60,783 nucleotides of DNA. Origin: Lama guanicoe. Taxonomy: Eukaryota. The notes below the pieces were generated by a model, which was not told where the DNA came from, did no database searches, and worked only from the letters and a program-made list of their open reading frames with translations. A program made the position numbers and the translations under genes. Of this stretch, positions 58,270 to 60,783 are shown piece after piece. The stretch spans positions 5,253,214 to 5,313,996 of the forward strand of contig MU053561.1 in the NCBI GenBank assembly GCA_013239625.1, read 5' to 3'. Each line of letters opens with the position of its first letter. Position 1 is the stretch's first letter.

Positions 58270-59605
58270 CATTATTATTTATTATGTTGAGATTCATTCC
58301 CTCTACACTCACTTTGTTGAAGTTTTTATCATCACTGGGTGTTGAATTTGGTCAAATGCATTCTCTGCATTTATTGAGATGATAATATGATTTTTATTTT
58401 TCACTTGGATAATGTGGTATATCCCATATCCATGACTTGTGAATGTTGAACAATCCTTACATCCCTGGAATACATATTCCATTTGATCATGGTGTATGGT
58501 CATTTAAATATTACTGAATTCAGTTTGCTAATACTTTGTTGTAAATTTTTGTATCTATATTATCAAAAATATTGGCTTATGATTTTCTTTTCTTATAGTG
58601 TTCTTGTCTGGTTTTAGTTTCAGGGTAATGCTGGCCTCATAAAATGACTTTGGAAGTGTTCTCTCCTCTTTTGTTATATGGAAGAGTTTGAGAAGGATTA
58701 GTATTAATTCTAATTTGAATGTTTGGTAGAATTCACCAGTGAGGCCATCTGGTCCTGGACTTTTTCATTTGTTGGGAGGTTTTTGATTATTGATCCAATC
58801 TCCTTACTGGTAATCGGCTGTTTCACATTTTCTGTTTCTTCATGATTCCATCTTGGTAGATTATGTTTCTAGGCGTTTATCTATTTTCTAGATTGTCCAA
58901 TTTGTTGGCATGTAATTATTCATAGTAGTCTCTTATCCTTTGTATTTCTGTGGTATCAGTTGGAATGTCTCTTTTATTTCTGATTTTACTTATGAATTCT
59001 ATCTTTTTTTTTTGTCTTGAGTCTAGCTAAAGGTTTGTCAGTTTTATTATTTCAAAAAACCAGCTCTTAGTTTTGTCAATCTTTTCTATTGTCTTTTTAG
59101 TCTGTATTTCATTTATTTCTGCTCTGATCTTTGTTATTTCCTTCTTTTTACTAACTTTGGGCTTCATTGGTTCTTCTTTTTCTAGTCTCTTGCGGTATAA
59201 AGTTAGGTGTTGTGTACTTAAAATCTTTCTTGTTTCTTAATGTAGGCATTTACCACTATGAACTCCCCTCTTAATCTGTTTTGCTGAATTCCATAAGTGT
59301 TGGTATGTGGTATTTCCATTTGCATTTTCATTTGTTCTCAAGGTATTTTTTAATTTCTCTTGATTTCTTCGACTCATTTGTTGTTCAGTAACATGTTGTT
59401 TAATCTCCACATGTTTGTGAATTCATCAGTTTTCTTCTTGTAATTGATTTCTAGTTTCATACCATACAATTGTTGTTGGAAAAGATACTTAAGATGATAT
59501 CAGTCTTCTTAAATTTATTAAGGTTTGTTTTGTAACCTAACATATGACCTACCCTGGGGAATATTTCTTACGCACTTGAGAAGTATATGTATTCTGTTGC
59601 TTTTA
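58270..59605 (-). mobile_element. L1 ORF2 (RT-region) relic
   Basis: ORF fragment KNKNHIIISINAENAFDQIQHP; GTTTGGTAGAATTCACCAGTGAGGCCATCTGGTCCTGG. Confidence 0.88.
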
Positions 59606-60612
59606 AAATTTATTTAGTTTTTTATTGAAGTACAGTCAGTTACAATGTGTCAATTTCTGGTGTACAGCACAGTGTCCTAGTCATGCATATACATACATAT
59701 ATTCATTTTCATAATCTTTTTAATTAAAAGTTGTTACAAGATAATGAACATAGTTCCCTGTGCTATACAGAGAAACTTTTTTCTTTAAATCTATTTTTAT
59801 ATATAGTGGCTAACATTTGTAAATCTCAAACTCCCAAATTTATCCCTTCCCACCTCCTTTCCCCAGTAACCCTAAGATTGTTTACTGTGTCTATGAGTCT
59901 GTTTCTGTTTTGTAGATGAGTTTGTAGTGTCTTTTTTCTTTTTTCTTTTTTAGATTCCACATATGAGTGATATCATATGGTATTTTTCTTTCTCTATCTG
60001 GCTTACTTCACTTAGAATGACAATCTCCAGGTCCATGCATGTTGCTGCAAATGGCATTATTTTATTCTTTTTCATGGCTGAGTGGTATTCCTGGTGTATA
60101 AATATACCAGAACTTCTTTATCCAGTTATCTGTATGGACATTTAGGTTGTTTCCATGTCTTGGCTATTGTAAATAGTGCTGCTGTGAGCATTGGGGGTGC
60201 ATGTGTTTTTTTTCAAATTAGAGTTCCCTCCGGATATAAGCCTAGGAGTGGGATTGCTGGAACATATGGTAAGTCTGTTTTTAGTTTTTTGAGGAATCTC
60301 CATACTGTCTTCCATAATGGCTGCACCAAATTACATTCCCACCAGCAGTGTAAAAGGGTTCCCTTTTCTTCACACCCTCTCCAGCATTTATCATTCATGG
60401 ACTTTTTAACGATGGCCATTCTGACTGGTGTGAGGTGATACCTCATTGTAGTTTTGATTTGCATTTCTCTGATAATTAGCTTTATTGAGCATTTTTTCAT
60501 GTGCCTGTTGGGCATTTGTATGTCTTCATTGGAGAACTGCTTGTTTAGGTTTTCTGCCCATTTTTGGATTGGGTTGTTTGATTTTTTGTTATTAAGTTAT
60601 ATGAGCTATTTA
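59606..60612 (-). mobile_element. Lineage-type L1 3' end (same family as 52411-54514)
   Basis: ORF 60213..60515(-) [19 protein letters not shown]...HCWWECNL; tail TTTTTATTGAAGTACAGTCAGTT. Confidence 0.92.
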
Positions 60613-60783
60613 TTTTTTATTTATTTATTTATTTTTTCAGCACAATTTTTCAGTCATTCATGGACATATACACACTCATTGTCACATTTTTTTCTCTGTG
60701 ATTTATCATAACATTTTGTGTATATTTCCCTGTGCTATACAGTGTAATCTTGTTTATCTATTCTATAATTTTGAAATCCCAGT
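60613..60783 (-). mobile_element. Another L1 3' end nested in the preceding L1 (runs off the window)
   Basis: (TTTA)n tail, then TATATTTCCCTGTGCTATACAG. Confidence 0.7.

Overview
Mammalian genomic DNA, most likely a camelid, judged from four short tRNA-derived SINEs of the Vic-1 type and lineage-type L1 3' ends. It contains the complete 7-exon RSBN1 gene on the + strand (CDS 1513..38319, 2403 nt, 800 aa, JmjC-type H4K20me2 demethylase related to DPY-21) with a ~4.2 kb 3' UTR. About 2 kb downstream are the CpG-island promoter and first exons of PHTF1, also on +. The first ~150 nt probably hold the poly(A) site of PTPN22 (synteny recalled from human). The rest is intronic DNA rich in L1, L2, MIR, MER, MaLR and ERV relics, with one 474-nt assembly gap. 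I see no new protein-coding system. The best leads are regulatory. RSBN1 intron 2 has one or two candidate poison or alternative-terminal exons whose first in-frame codon is a stop. RFX X-box and MYB motifs recur at both germ-cell gene promoters. A 48-codon uORF lies in frame with PHTF1, separated from it by a single TGA at the splice junction. The proximal 3' UTR carries clustered miR-31 and Pumilio sites. There is also a TSD-flanked insertion of non-young sequence (possible orphan transduction) and an inverted L1 pair. Repeat family names and repeat boundaries were judged by eye and are approximate.
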